A stretch of DNA of 44,766 bases from a virus, in IMG/VR virus record IMGVR_UViG_3300037511_000572; one strand, 5' to 3'. Shown here one piece after another: positions 31,838-40,427 of this stretch. The notes under the pieces are model-generated. The model was not told the origin of the DNA and ran no database searches. It saw only the letters and a program-made list of their open reading frames with translations. The translations under genes were made by a program, and so were the position numbers. Position 1 is the first letter of the stretch. The number at the start of each line of letters is the position of its first letter.

Positions 31838-33624
31838 CTCTCCTCCTCGGCGGCCCATTCCTTCTTATCTGCCCAACTCTTGTCCGTCACGGACACGTCC
31901 ACGCTGATCTTGACTGGGAACGTTATGTTGTCCTCCAGCCCGTCGACCAGCGCATGCTTCGCGTCCCATACCTGGTCCCTGCGGACCTCGATGCCGAGCT
32001 CGTCGTGCACGGTTATGAACGGATGCGCGTCCAACCCGACCAGGTTCTTGAACGTGTTGTTTATCCCGCGCTTCATGACGAGAGCCGCCGGGCCCTGGCA
32101 CAGGACGTTGGCGGCCTTGTAGCAGAGGTCCTTCGGGACATGATACGTCCTGCCAAACTGGTCCGTTACGTAGCCGTCCCTCAGCAGGTCGGCCTGAGAC
32201 TTCAGGAGGAAGTCCCTCGCCTGCGGCACCTCGCTAAAGAACTTGCCCTTGAGCTGCCTGGCCTTGTCCACCGTCACGCCCATCCGCGCGGCACACCTCG
32301 CTACGCCCATCCCGAATATGAAAGAGAAGTTAAGCTCCTTGGCCTGAAAGCGGATGCGCTTTATCTCGTCCTTCGACTTGCCGTCCATGCAATTCTTCCC
32401 GAACAGGCGATAGGCATTGGCCGTGTGGAAGTCCACACCCCTGCGCAGGTCCGCCAATATCCCTGGGTCGCCGACGTGGCAGGCGAATATACGGAACTCT
32501 ATCTGGGAGTAGTCCGCAAAGAGGAAGACGTAACCAGGCCGCGGGACCACCGCCCTGCGCACGAGCCCCGGGTCCTTGTTCATCTCCACGTTGCCGCCGC
32601 GCCCGCCTCCAGGAATGTTCTGGAAGTTCGGGTCTGTGCAGGAGAACCTTCCTGTTTTGATTCCGCCCTCCTCAGAGCCGAAGGGCCAGAAGTGCGGGTG
32701 AATCTTCCCGTCCTTGTTCTTCTCCAGGAACGGCTGGAAGTACGTGCTGTCTATCTTCTGGATGCTGCGCCAGTTCATCAGGGTCGATACAAACGGGTGG
32801 TCGGCATATGGCCTGAGCTCTTCGGCGCCCGTCGGCATCTGGCCCCGCGCGTTCTCCTCGCCGGTCTTAATCCCTAGGCTTTGGAGCACACTGCTTAGCT
32901 GGGCCGTTGACGCCTGATTGAACTTCACCCCGGCCAGGTCATACAGCTTCTTTTCCAGTTCCAGTTTCTTTGGCCCCAACTCTCTGAGCATCCTCTTGCA
33001 ATAGTCTAAATCCAAGTTTATGCCCCACCGTTCGAGCTCTACGATGTTGGGTATCAGCTCCTGCTCTATGTCGTACACACGTTTTTGCGGGCCGTTGACT
33101 ACGTGGCCGAATTTCCAGTTCGCCAGGAGCGTGAGGTCGAGGTCCTCTTCCAGATACGGCTCGACCATCTCTTTAGGCAAGCAGGAGTAGTTCACCTTCT
33201 CCTTCGCCTCTGGGGTCTTGGCCTTCCTGCGCAGCGCGGACAGGTATGCCTTTACCGCCTCCTCGTTCTGGGGCTCTCGGCCGAAGTGCCTCTTGCCGAC
33301 GCCCTTCAGCTTGAGATCCTGCTCATACTCATAGTTCATGTAGCACATGAGCATGGCGTCATGCACGCGGCCGCCGACCTTCACCCCCTCCTTGCGGGAT
33401 ACCGACAGGTCATACTTCACGTTCCACCCGACCTTCTCTACTGGGCTGGCCATGATTTCGCACGCGCGCTTCCACTCTGGCGTCCCGGGCCTGGCAAGCA
33501 GGACATTCCCGTCCTCGTCCTCAAGGCCCAGTAGAAACGGCTTCGCCTTCCCGACCCACACCTCCAGGCCCTCGGTCTCGTAGTCGAAGGCGACCCTGCC
33601 CGACGAGAATGGTTTCCTAGGCAT
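31801..33624 (-). CDS. polA: Family A DNA polymerase with 3'-5' exonuclease domain
   Basis: Exo I FDYETEGL. Motif A FADYSQIEFRIFA. Motif B RFQAKELNFSFIFGMG. Motif C ITVHDELGIE. Confidence 0.9.
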   Translation of the reverse strand: MPRKPFSSGRVAFDYETEGLEVWVGKAKPFLLGLEDEDGNVLLARPGTPEWKRACEIMASPVEKVGWNVKYDLSVSRKEGVKVGGRVHDAMLMCYMNYEYEQDLKLKGVGKRHFGREPQNEEAVKAYLSALRRKAKTPEAKEKVNYSCLPKEMVEPYLEEDLDLTLLANWKFGHVVNGPQKRVYDIEQELIPNIVELERWGINLDLDYCKRMLRELGPKKLELEKKLYDLAGVKFNQASTAQLSSVLQSLGIKTGEENARGQMPTGAEELRPYADHPFVSTLMNWRSIQKIDSTYFQPFLEKNKDGKIHPHFWPFGSEEGGIKTGRFSCTDPNFQNIPGGGRGGNVEMNKDPGLVRRAVVPRPGYVFLFADYSQIEFRIFACHVGDPGILADLRRGVDFHTANAYRLFGKNCMDGKSKDEIKRIRFQAKELNFSFIFGMGVARCAARMGVTVDKARQLKGKFFSEVPQARDFLLKSQADLLRDGYVTDQFGRTYHVPKDLCYKAANVLCQGPAALVMKRGINNTFKNLVGLDAHPFITVHDELGIEVRRDQVWDAKHALVDGLEDNITFPVKISVDVSVTDKSWADKKEWAAEEERWKPKRRSMSVS

Positions 33625-34096
33625 TGTTTCCAGCTATATTCGTGCGACGGCGTCGCGTGCGGAGGCCTGTGAAACCCTTCAGACTATGGTTCCTCTGCAG
33701 GCGGTTCAAGAGCCTTTTCCGAGTGCTTTTTATGCGGTTCGGCCGCATGGAATGCTCCCACACCCTTATGACGTGCCAGCCGCGCCTCCACAGCGCCTTC
33801 ACCGCCCGGACATCCCTGCGCATGTTCGCCTGGACCTTGCTGACCCAGAAGTCCACGTTCGACTTCGGCCTCTTGTAGTGCGTCGGGCACCCGTGGAAGA
33901 AGCAGCCGTGCACAAATATGGCGGTCTGGGCTGACGCCACCTTGAAGTCCGGCCGGCCCGGCAGTTCCTTCGCGTGCTCAGTGAAGACCTCCTCGGCGTC
34001 GAGCAGCATCCCGCGCATGAGGAGCTCCGGCTTCGTCCCGGTCGAGCGTATGCGGGACATGATCCAGCTACGCTTCTCTTTTGTCACCGTATCCAT
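33617..34096 (-). CDS. vsr: Very-short-patch repair (Vsr) T:G mismatch endonuclease homolog
   Basis: RSWIMSRIRSTGTKPE, LPGRPDF, IFVHGCFFHGC, FWVSKVQANMRRD and GWHVIRVWEH align with E. coli Vsr motifs. Confidence 0.85.
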   Translation of the reverse strand: MDTVTKEKRSWIMSRIRSTGTKPELLMRGMLLDAEEVFTEHAKELPGRPDFKVASAQTAIFVHGCFFHGCPTHYKRPKSNVDFWVSKVQANMRRDVRAVKALWRRGWHVIRVWEHSMRPNRIKSTRKRLLNRLQRNHSLKGFTGLRTRRRRTNIAGNNA

Positions 34097-34646
34097 GTCG
34101 TTTCCTCATGTATACAGCGCGCACTGCACCGCTTGAGCCCAGCGTGTTCACGCGCAGCAGCTCGAATCTGTTCATCCGAGCCTGCGTGTTAAACAGGCCG
34201 TTGACTGCCAACGGGGGGCCTACCTGTAGTATGACTGGCTCTATGGTCATGACTATCTGATCCACCAGGTCGTGCTGCAGGAAGAGCCCGTAGGTCGCCG
34301 CGCCGCCGCACAACATCATCTTGGTCTTATGGTTGTTCTCCAGGAAGTTCAGTATTTCGCCCGGCTTTGGCAGCAGGACGCCAACCTGCCCCTTCTGCTT
34401 CGTCCTTATGCCTGGGTCCCTGGACACCACCGCTACCGGCTTGCCAAGATTTGGCATTAGGTTCGCCGTTCGCGACCCGACTATGAGCATGCCCGCGTCC
34501 GCGAGGTCCGAATTGAAGAATTCCTTGTCCTCGGCGCTGGTCCATCCGCCTTTAGACACTTGGTTCGGGGAAGAGTCTTCCGCGGTGGATATGCGCCCGT
34601 CCAGGGACATGCACGCCACCATCTTTACCCAGGCCCTGTCGTTCAT
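34068..34646 (-). CDS. Dihydrofolate reductase-like protein (RibD C-terminal domain family)
   Basis: ACMSLDGRIS ... MLIVGSRTA ... MMLCGGAATYGLFLQHDLVDQIVMTIEPV. ATGA overlap with the upstream TS homolog. Confidence 0.7.
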   Translation of the reverse strand: MNDRAWVKMVACMSLDGRISTAEDSSPNQVSKGGWTSAEDKEFFNSDLADAGMLIVGSRTANLMPNLGKPVAVVSRDPGIRTKQKGQVGVLLPKPGEILNFLENNHKTKMMLCGGAATYGLFLQHDLVDQIVMTIEPVILQVGPPLAVNGLFNTQARMNRFELLRVNTLGSSGAVRAVYMRKRHGYGDKREA

Positions 34647-35497
34647 ATGACCAGCCTCGGGCCCGTGATCGCGGGCCACGGCTTGTACCACTCGTTGACC
34701 TGGCGGAACAGGTTCTTGGACAGCTCGTTGTCTCCGGCCATGGCGGCCATGACCATGTCCGGGAGCAGCTTGAGATAGAAGTCTCCCAGCTCCATCCTGG
34801 CCTGCCCCATGGACCGCGCGACCATCTGCACCGCCGGGTCCCACTGGTCCTCGTAGAGGTGGGCGTTGGAAATCAGGTAACCCACCTCACCAGGCCGCAC
34901 GCCCAGCTTGCACGCCATCAGCTCCTGTATTATCCTGAATCCGAGTATGTCATGAGGGAAACCGAAGTACATGTCCGCCGAGCGCTGGAGGACGTTCATG
35001 TGCAGCCTGCCGTCCATTATGTGGAAGTGCCAGGTCAGGATACACGGGGCGTTCGGCCCCGGCTTCACCAGGTCCGTGTCCGGCTGCCACGAGATGAGAA
35101 CTGCCTGCCGGCTCGTCTTGTCCTTCATCAGCCTGTCCAAGACGCCCTGCACCTGGTCGACGCCGTGCGCATGCCTCCAGCGATAGCCCGTGGCGGATCG
35201 CACGACCCCGTCCTCGTCCGCGAACTTGTCCCAGGTGCCGAAGCCATGCTGCCTCATAAGCGCCGGGGACTTCGCGCCGGACAGGAACCAGACCGCCTCG
35301 ACGCACGACCACAGCGGGCTGATGTTCCGCAGGTGGACTATGGGGAACTGAAACGGCTGGGTGTGGAAGAACAGCGCGTTGACCGCGCGCACCCACTTGC
35401 CCGTCCTGTCGTTCTTCGTCGGTGGGGCCTCTAGAATCCTGGACAGCGCCATGCCGTACTTCGAATCGAAAAGGGTTACGCGCCCTTGGTCTTGCAT
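34643..35497 (-). CDS. Thymidylate synthase (ThyA) family homolog with Asp at the Asn177 position; candidate dCMP methylase/hydroxymethylase
   Basis: KNDRTGK, VEAVWFLSG, SRQAVLISWQ, NAPC (catalytic Cys) and QRSADMYFGFPHDILGF (E. coli has QRSCDVFLGLPFNIASY). ATG at 35497; GTG at 35506 is an alternative start. Confidence 0.8.
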   Translation of the reverse strand: MQDQGRVTLFDSKYGMALSRILEAPPTKNDRTGKWVRAVNALFFHTQPFQFPIVHLRNISPLWSCVEAVWFLSGAKSPALMRQHGFGTWDKFADEDGVVRSATGYRWRHAHGVDQVQGVLDRLMKDKTSRQAVLISWQPDTDLVKPGPNAPCILTWHFHIMDGRLHMNVLQRSADMYFGFPHDILGFRIIQELMACKLGVRPGEVGYLISNAHLYEDQWDPAVQMVARSMGQARMELGDFYLKLLPDMVMAAMAGDNELSKNLFRQVNEWYKPWPAITGPRLVI

Positions 35498-35811
35498 TTC
35501 TTCCACCTCCTGAGCATCAACTCCAGCCTAGCCAGCGCGTCCCAAGCCGCGTGCGCGGCGTGCGGGAGCCCCGACTCCTCGTCGTCCCTCTCATACGCTT
35601 CCTCTAGCAGGTGGCGCCCAAGTGCGGCGGTGTACCTGTTCTCGCCGTCCTTGACGAACTGCCAGCCGCCCCTGGTATACTTCATCTTGCCGAACGTGCC
35701 CACCGCGGCCACGGCGCGCAGCGCCATGCCGAAGTCCAGCAGCAGGCTCACGTCCGGCTTCCCGCCGTCCAGCTTCATGCCCTTCTTATGAGGGTTTGGT
35801 TTTCTCGGCAC
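35476..35811 (-). CDS. DUF5664 (dATP/dGTP diphosphohydrolase N-terminal-like) protein
   Basis: DGGKPDVSLL ... FGKMKYTRGGW ... RYTAALGRHL ... DDEESGLPHAAHAAWDALARLEL matches the family pattern. Confidence 0.7.
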   Translation of the reverse strand: MPRKPNPHKKGMKLDGGKPDVSLLLDFGMALRAVAAVGTFGKMKYTRGGWQFVKDGENRYTAALGRHLLEEAYERDDEESGLPHAAHAAWDALARLELMLRRWKKCKTKGA

Positions 35812-38344
35812 CGCTCCCCTCCTTCCAGTACTTGTGCTTCTTCTTTCCGGACACTATAAGGTCAACATGGCTCCACCCCGCCCTGCGGAGGACCTCGGCC
35901 GAGTCCACCAGCCGCGTCCCCAATTGTCTGTCGTTTATCCACGGGCACCTGATCGCCAGCGACTTAGCCAGGATGCGGAAGTCGGACAACAGGTCCCGCG
36001 TGCTGAACTTCATGACCGTCTTGCCGTCGACCGTGCCCACCCTCGTCTGCGCGCCCATGAGGACGAGCTGGTTGTAGCGCGATACGTAGGTGTCCAGGAA
36101 GTAAAGGACCTCGTCCGTCCCCTCGTTCTGCCTGTGCACGGCCCTGGTCTGACTCTCCAACCAGTGCGCCGTCAGGTCCCTGGAGGACTTGTACCCCTTT
36201 ATCGGCAGGTAACCCCAGAACGCGTCAAGCATCAAGGCCATGAGGGCAAAGTACTCGTTGAACCTCTCCTTGCCGTGCGCGCCGAACGCCCCCATGATCC
36301 TGCCGACCTCGCCCTTCCTGACCCTGGGCAGGACGTGCTTGTGTATAATGTAGAGGATAGCGCTGAGTATCTTGTTCCGATTGGCCGCCAGGCCTTGGAA
36401 TATCTTTGTCTCATGGAACTTGGAATTGCCCCAACGCTCTATATCGAGCTGCAGCTCCATGGTCCTGTCGATCAGCTCGTGCTTGTTGAACGGCTCGATG
36501 CCATTGGTCAGCACCAGGCAGTTCGCGTGGTATTGGATCATGCCCGTGTCCGACGACATCATCCGCTTCGACTTCACGCCGCCGGTCGCAGCAATCAGCA
36601 GGAAGTCCTCCAGCAGCGGGGTCATGTTCCTAGTCTCCAGGTTGTCCATGAATATGATAGGGTACATGGAGCTCATCTCGTAGTAGGCCGCCATCGTAGA
36701 AGCCGCGATGTTCAGCATCTCCTGCCCGTAGAATAGGAGGCTGGCCATCTTCGAGGCGGTCGACTTCGCCGAGGCCGTCTTGGCCAGTAGCCTCACTATC
36801 GGCTTCGGCTTTATGTGGTCCCTGAAGAACATGCCGGACAGCCAGCACACGAGCAGGAACCTGTCCTCCTCGCACATGGCCAGGTTATCCATGAACAGGG
36901 AGCGCAGCAGCTGCAGGCCCTCCGCGACCGGCTTGGCTGGAAGCGTGGGTATCTCCATGCCGATCACCGGCAGGTTGAGCAGCACCTTCTCGTCGTTGAC
37001 CGCGTTCCTGATGTGCTTGCAGGACTCCTCAGAGACCTTCAGCAGCTTGTCCTTGCCAGCGTGCACGTAGAGCAGGCCCTTGTGGTACATGCTCCAGGAA
37101 CCCGTCTTCGACATGGCGCTGGCCACGGCCGCGTTGGTCTTCACCCTCTCCAGGATGAACCTGCCGACCTGCGTCGCGTTGTTGTATATGGGGTTGATCC
37201 TGCCGAGGAAGTGCATGAACGGTCCCGGGTCCTTGGTGATCTTCATCACCCCGAACTCCTCGTGCGCGTAGAAGCACTCGCCGGCCTCGCTCTTGAAGAA
37301 GGCCCCGTTGTCTACCAGTGCGTCCCACACAGCCTCCGACCTGGCGACCAGGCGCTCCTCGTCGGTGGACCTAGCGGTCGCCTCGTAAGCCAGGCCAGGC
37401 AGCATGCCCGTCTCCTTGCGCGCGTGGCTCTGCTTCTCTCCGGCCTTCTTCTCGACCTTCGCCAGCTGGAGCAGCTCCTCGGCCGAGCCCTCGTACTTCA
37501 GCAGCCAGTCGGTCAGGTCCTCCCCTGGCTCCTTTAGCCTAGGCAGCTCGACGATCCTGCACGACCTGGCTGTCTTGGACAGTTCGGCCATCCTGTTCTG
37601 CGCGCCTTTCATGCCGGGGCCGTCGTTGTCCGGGACGATTACTACGTCTTTCCCTTTGAACAGCTTGTTCCACTCCGGCTTCCACGTGGTCGCGCCGCCG
37701 GACGGGGTTATTGTGCTGAGCCCGTGTTGCGCCCCTAGGATCGCGTCCATCTCGCCCTCTACCACAATGACGGTGTCGAACTTCAGGCTCTCCAACGGGA
37801 ACAGCCTGGCCGAGCCGTATCCCTCCTTGTATGAGAGCATCTTCGGCCCGCCGGTCTTCAGCAGGTCATACTTGCGCAGGTTCACGCACATGCCCAGGTC
37901 GTTGAATATGGGGATCGTCAGTCGGCCGTTCTGGTAGCCGAGGTTGAAGCCCTTGACGGTCTTCAGCTCTATGCCACGCATCTCCTTCAAGCGGCCAAGG
38001 ATAAACGTGTTCTCAAGCAGTTTTTTGTGCGGGGTCTTGTACTCTTCAGGAGGGATAACGGGCTCCACCCAGTTCGAGTAGAGTATGCGGGCGGCGGCTT
38101 CCCTGGAGACCTCTTTGTAGTCAGAGAAGAAGTACACGGGGGACGTGGCCTTGTAGCCGCAGCCGTGGCAGAAGGCCCCGCCGGTGTCTGAAAAAAGCTT
38201 AAGCGACGGCAGCGAGTCCTTCCCGCCGCGGTGCTTCTCGGGCCACGGGCAAGCGACGTTGCTCTTGCCGTCCCATTCCAAGAGGTCTCTGTAGAACTCT
38301 TGCACGTCCATGGACTTCTTTATGCGCTCCAGAATCTGTTCCAC
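35786..38344 (-). CDS. Bifunctional DNA primase / helicase
   Basis: Zinc finger CPWPEKH...CHGCG. TOPRIM VIVVEGEMDAI ... VIVPDNDGPG. C-terminal P-loop-like domain. GTG at 38344 has GGAGGA 8 nt upstream; the track start at 38431 is a TTG. Confidence 0.8.
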   Translation of the reverse strand: MEQILERIKKSMDVQEFYRDLLEWDGKSNVACPWPEKHRGGKDSLPSLKLFSDTGGAFCHGCGYKATSPVYFFSDYKEVSREAAARILYSNWVEPVIPPEEYKTPHKKLLENTFILGRLKEMRGIELKTVKGFNLGYQNGRLTIPIFNDLGMCVNLRKYDLLKTGGPKMLSYKEGYGSARLFPLESLKFDTVIVVEGEMDAILGAQHGLSTITPSGGATTWKPEWNKLFKGKDVVIVPDNDGPGMKGAQNRMAELSKTARSCRIVELPRLKEPGEDLTDWLLKYEGSAEELLQLAKVEKKAGEKQSHARKETGMLPGLAYEATARSTDEERLVARSEAVWDALVDNGAFFKSEAGECFYAHEEFGVMKITKDPGPFMHFLGRINPIYNNATQVGRFILERVKTNAAVASAMSKTGSWSMYHKGLLYVHAGKDKLLKVSEESCKHIRNAVNDEKVLLNLPVIGMEIPTLPAKPVAEGLQLLRSLFMDNLAMCEEDRFLLVCWLSGMFFRDHIKPKPIVRLLAKTASAKSTASKMASLLFYGQEMLNIAASTMAAYYEMSSMYPIIFMDNLETRNMTPLLEDFLLIAATGGVKSKRMMSSDTGMIQYHANCLVLTNGIEPFNKHELIDRTMELQLDIERWGNSKFHETKIFQGLAANRNKILSAILYIIHKHVLPRVRKGEVGRIMGAFGAHGKERFNEYFALMALMLDAFWGYLPIKGYKSSRDLTAHWLESQTRAVHRQNEGTDEVLYFLDTYVSRYNQLVLMGAQTRVGTVDGKTVMKFSTRDLLSDFRILAKSLAIRCPWINDRQLGTRLVDSAEVLRRAGWSHVDLIVSGKKKHKYWKEGSGAEKTKPS

Positions 38345-38453
38345 TCGGCGGTCCTCCCCAGTGAGGGTTGAGAGGAGGGACACCTCGAGCCGGGGGACGC
38401 CACCCTCACAGTGGCGGAGCCCCCGGCCCAAGGGCCCTTCTGTCTTCGGGCTG

Positions 38454-39440
38454 TTAGCCCAACTTCTTGTGGACCGCGGAGGCCAGCGACTTCAGCTGGT
38501 CCTTGAACGAGGCCTTCTTGTCCAGCTTGACGTCGAGCGCGGCGGCCAGAGGCGAGACCTCGGCCAGCTCGATCTTCGCGCCCTTGTCGTGCGCCAGGGT
38601 GCAGAAGGACTTGAGGACCCCACGGGGGTTCTTGATTTCCGAGGCGTCGAAGTCCAGGGCCTTCAAGGCCTCTTTGACGTCCTTCGCCGACATGCCATCC
38701 ACGTCGTCGGCCTCGGGAAGCTCGAACTCCTTGTCTTCCTCCTCCTTCTCTTCCTCCTGCTCCTCTTCCTCGGCCTCTTCCGCTTCCTCGGCCGCCTCGG
38801 CCTTGGACAGCTTCGCGAGGGGCACGCGGGCGACGGTGTCGTCGTCCTTCTTCACGCGGGCCAGGGTGTCGTCGTCCTCGGAGACGCCGAGGAACTCGCC
38901 CTCGCGCTTCTCGCCCTTGAACTCCCACGTGACCTTGTCGCCCTCCTCGAACTCGGAGGACTTCTCCTCCGCCTTCTCCTCGCCCTTCTCCTCGGTCTCC
39001 TCTTCCTTCTCCGCCGCGGCGCCCTCGCCGTCGCCGTCGGAGATGAGGCGGTTCACGTAGATGTTCAGGAACCCGCCCTTCGTCTTGGCCTGCCCCTCGA
39101 ACACGCGGCCGACGAGCTGCTCGGCGAGCGTCCCCTCGGTGATGTCCTCGAAGCCGACCTCGTTGATGTTCATGCGGGCGAGCTTCGACTTGAACCAGCC
39201 CATGTTCTCGCGGGTCTCCAGGTTGTCGTTGGTCTCCAGCGACTCCCCGACCTGCTCGTCCGGCCCGGCGACGACCTCGAGGGTCATCTTGAAGCAGGGC
39301 TTGTTGCTGCCCGTCATGGCGAACGCGGCCTTCGCGATCTTGAATTGGTAGGTGCCGTCCGGAATCGCCGGCCCGCCCGCCTCTTCTGCCTTCTCCCACA
39401 TCTCCTGCAACTCACGCTTCTGCTTGGCGTTGACTGACAT
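38454..39440 (-). CDS. DUF669-like (ssDNA-binding-type) protein with a long acidic low-complexity region
   Basis: N-terminus AIPDGTYQFKIAKAAF...KPCFKMTLEVVAG resembles DUF669. Sits beside a Sak4-like ATPase. AAGGAG lies 8 nt before the ATG at 39440. Confidence 0.55.
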   Translation of the reverse strand: MSVNAKQKRELQEMWEKAEEAGGPAIPDGTYQFKIAKAAFAMTGSNKPCFKMTLEVVAGPDEQVGESLETNDNLETRENMGWFKSKLARMNINEVGFEDITEGTLAEQLVGRVFEGQAKTKGGFLNIYVNRLISDGDGEGAAAEKEEETEEKGEEKAEEKSSEFEEGDKVTWEFKGEKREGEFLGVSEDDDTLARVKKDDDTVARVPLAKLSKAEAAEEAEEAEEEEQEEEKEEEDKEFELPEADDVDGMSAKDVKEALKALDFDASEIKNPRGVLKSFCTLAHDKGAKIELAEVSPLAAALDVKLDKKASFKDQLKSLASAVHKKLG

Positions 39441-39540
39441 GCGCATGTCTCCTTTTTGAGCTCTGTTGTGCCTGCCTAGGCAAAGCGAGGCCGTCCCTTG
39501 AAAGCGGGGCCATGCCCTTACTCGGCCAGGATGTTTGCTC

Positions 39541-40350
39541 TTATTTCTTTTTCTTGAGGATTAGTTTCCTGACGCCAGGCTTCTCGGCGGCAGGCTTGCT
39601 CTTGGGCCGTCCGCCCTCGAGCAGGTACTTCTCCACCAGCTCGAAGCCGTTGGCCTCGGTCGGGTGGGGTATGTAGAGGCTCTCGGGCAGGAGGGTCGTC
39701 CTGTCCTTGGCCTCCATAGACTCGGTGGGCTGGAAGTACATCCTTCTGCCCATCTGGTCGTCCGTCCCGCTGGTGGCGTCGAAGCCCAGGTAAGCGATGA
39801 TGTCCATCATGGGCTGCAGCACCTTCCAGCCGGGGTTCTTCAGGGTTGGCTCTGTCTTGGTGATCGAGGAGAAGCGCGTCTTGCGCTCCTTGTCGTGCGC
39901 GTGCGAGACGAAGAAGAGGCCATACCTCCCGATCCCCACCAGCTTGAGTATCTCGGCGGTGAACTCACGCTCGATGAGGTCGTAGGCCTTCCCATACGGC
40001 TCGTCCGCCTGGTGCTCGATGCCGCGCTTCTCGCAGATGTACTTCTGGCACATCGCCACGAGGTGGTCGGCGAGGTCGAGGCAGACCGCGTTGTAGTGCG
40101 CGGGCCGCTCGAGCGACAACGCCTTCACGTACTTCTTGAACGTCGCCCAGCTGTCGATCGGCCTGGCCATCGCCTTGAGGAACTTCGTGCCGCCGTCCGT
40201 GCTCAGGAAGAGGACCTTGTCCGCCTGGTTAAAGAACGTCGACTTGCCCGTTCCCGGCGGCCCATAGATCAGCCACTTGAGCGCCCGCAGGTTGGTGTTC
40301 TCGAGCACTGCGTCCTTCGGTAATACTATGCCTTCGCTGATGATTCCCAT
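39541..40350 (-). CDS. AAA_24 / Sak4-like recombination ATPase
   Basis: Walker A WLIYGPPGTGKSTF. Walker-B-like NAVCLDLAD. About 270 aa. Confidence 0.8.
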   Translation of the reverse strand: MGIISEGIVLPKDAVLENTNLRALKWLIYGPPGTGKSTFFNQADKVLFLSTDGGTKFLKAMARPIDSWATFKKYVKALSLERPAHYNAVCLDLADHLVAMCQKYICEKRGIEHQADEPYGKAYDLIEREFTAEILKLVGIGRYGLFFVSHAHDKERKTRFSSITKTEPTLKNPGWKVLQPMMDIIAYLGFDATSGTDDQMGRRMYFQPTESMEAKDRTTLLPESLYIPHPTEANGFELVEKYLLEGGRPKSKPAAEKPGVRKLILKKKK

Positions 40351-40376
40351 ACTGAGGCCTCCCGGCAGGGCTCGTT

Positions 40377-40404
40377 AGAAACAACGGTCTATTTTATAAG
40401 ACCG
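40377..40404 (-). terminator. Candidate Rho-independent terminator after csp
   Basis: On the - strand: cggtct tataaaat agaccg followed by ttgtttct. Confidence 0.4.
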
Positions 40405-40420
40405 CCTACGGCTGGAGCAA
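40393..40420 (-). promoter_or_regulatory. Candidate sigma70-type promoter (TTGCTC - 16 nt - TATAAA) upstream of the AAA_24 gene
   Basis: Read on the - strand. The -10 lies in the terminator loop, about 40 nt upstream of the ATG at 40350. Confidence 0.35.
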
Positions 40421-40427
40421 CCAGAAT

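Noticed and set aside
38310-39437. ORFs 38310..39437 (+), 38320..39399 (-) and 38467..39060 (+) over the acidic DUF669-like gene
   Set aside because: They are products of the purine-rich repetitive coding sequence read in the wrong frames, giving poly-Arg/Gly or poly-Ser/Leu. Only the 38454..39440 frame has an RBS and a recognisable N-terminal domain.
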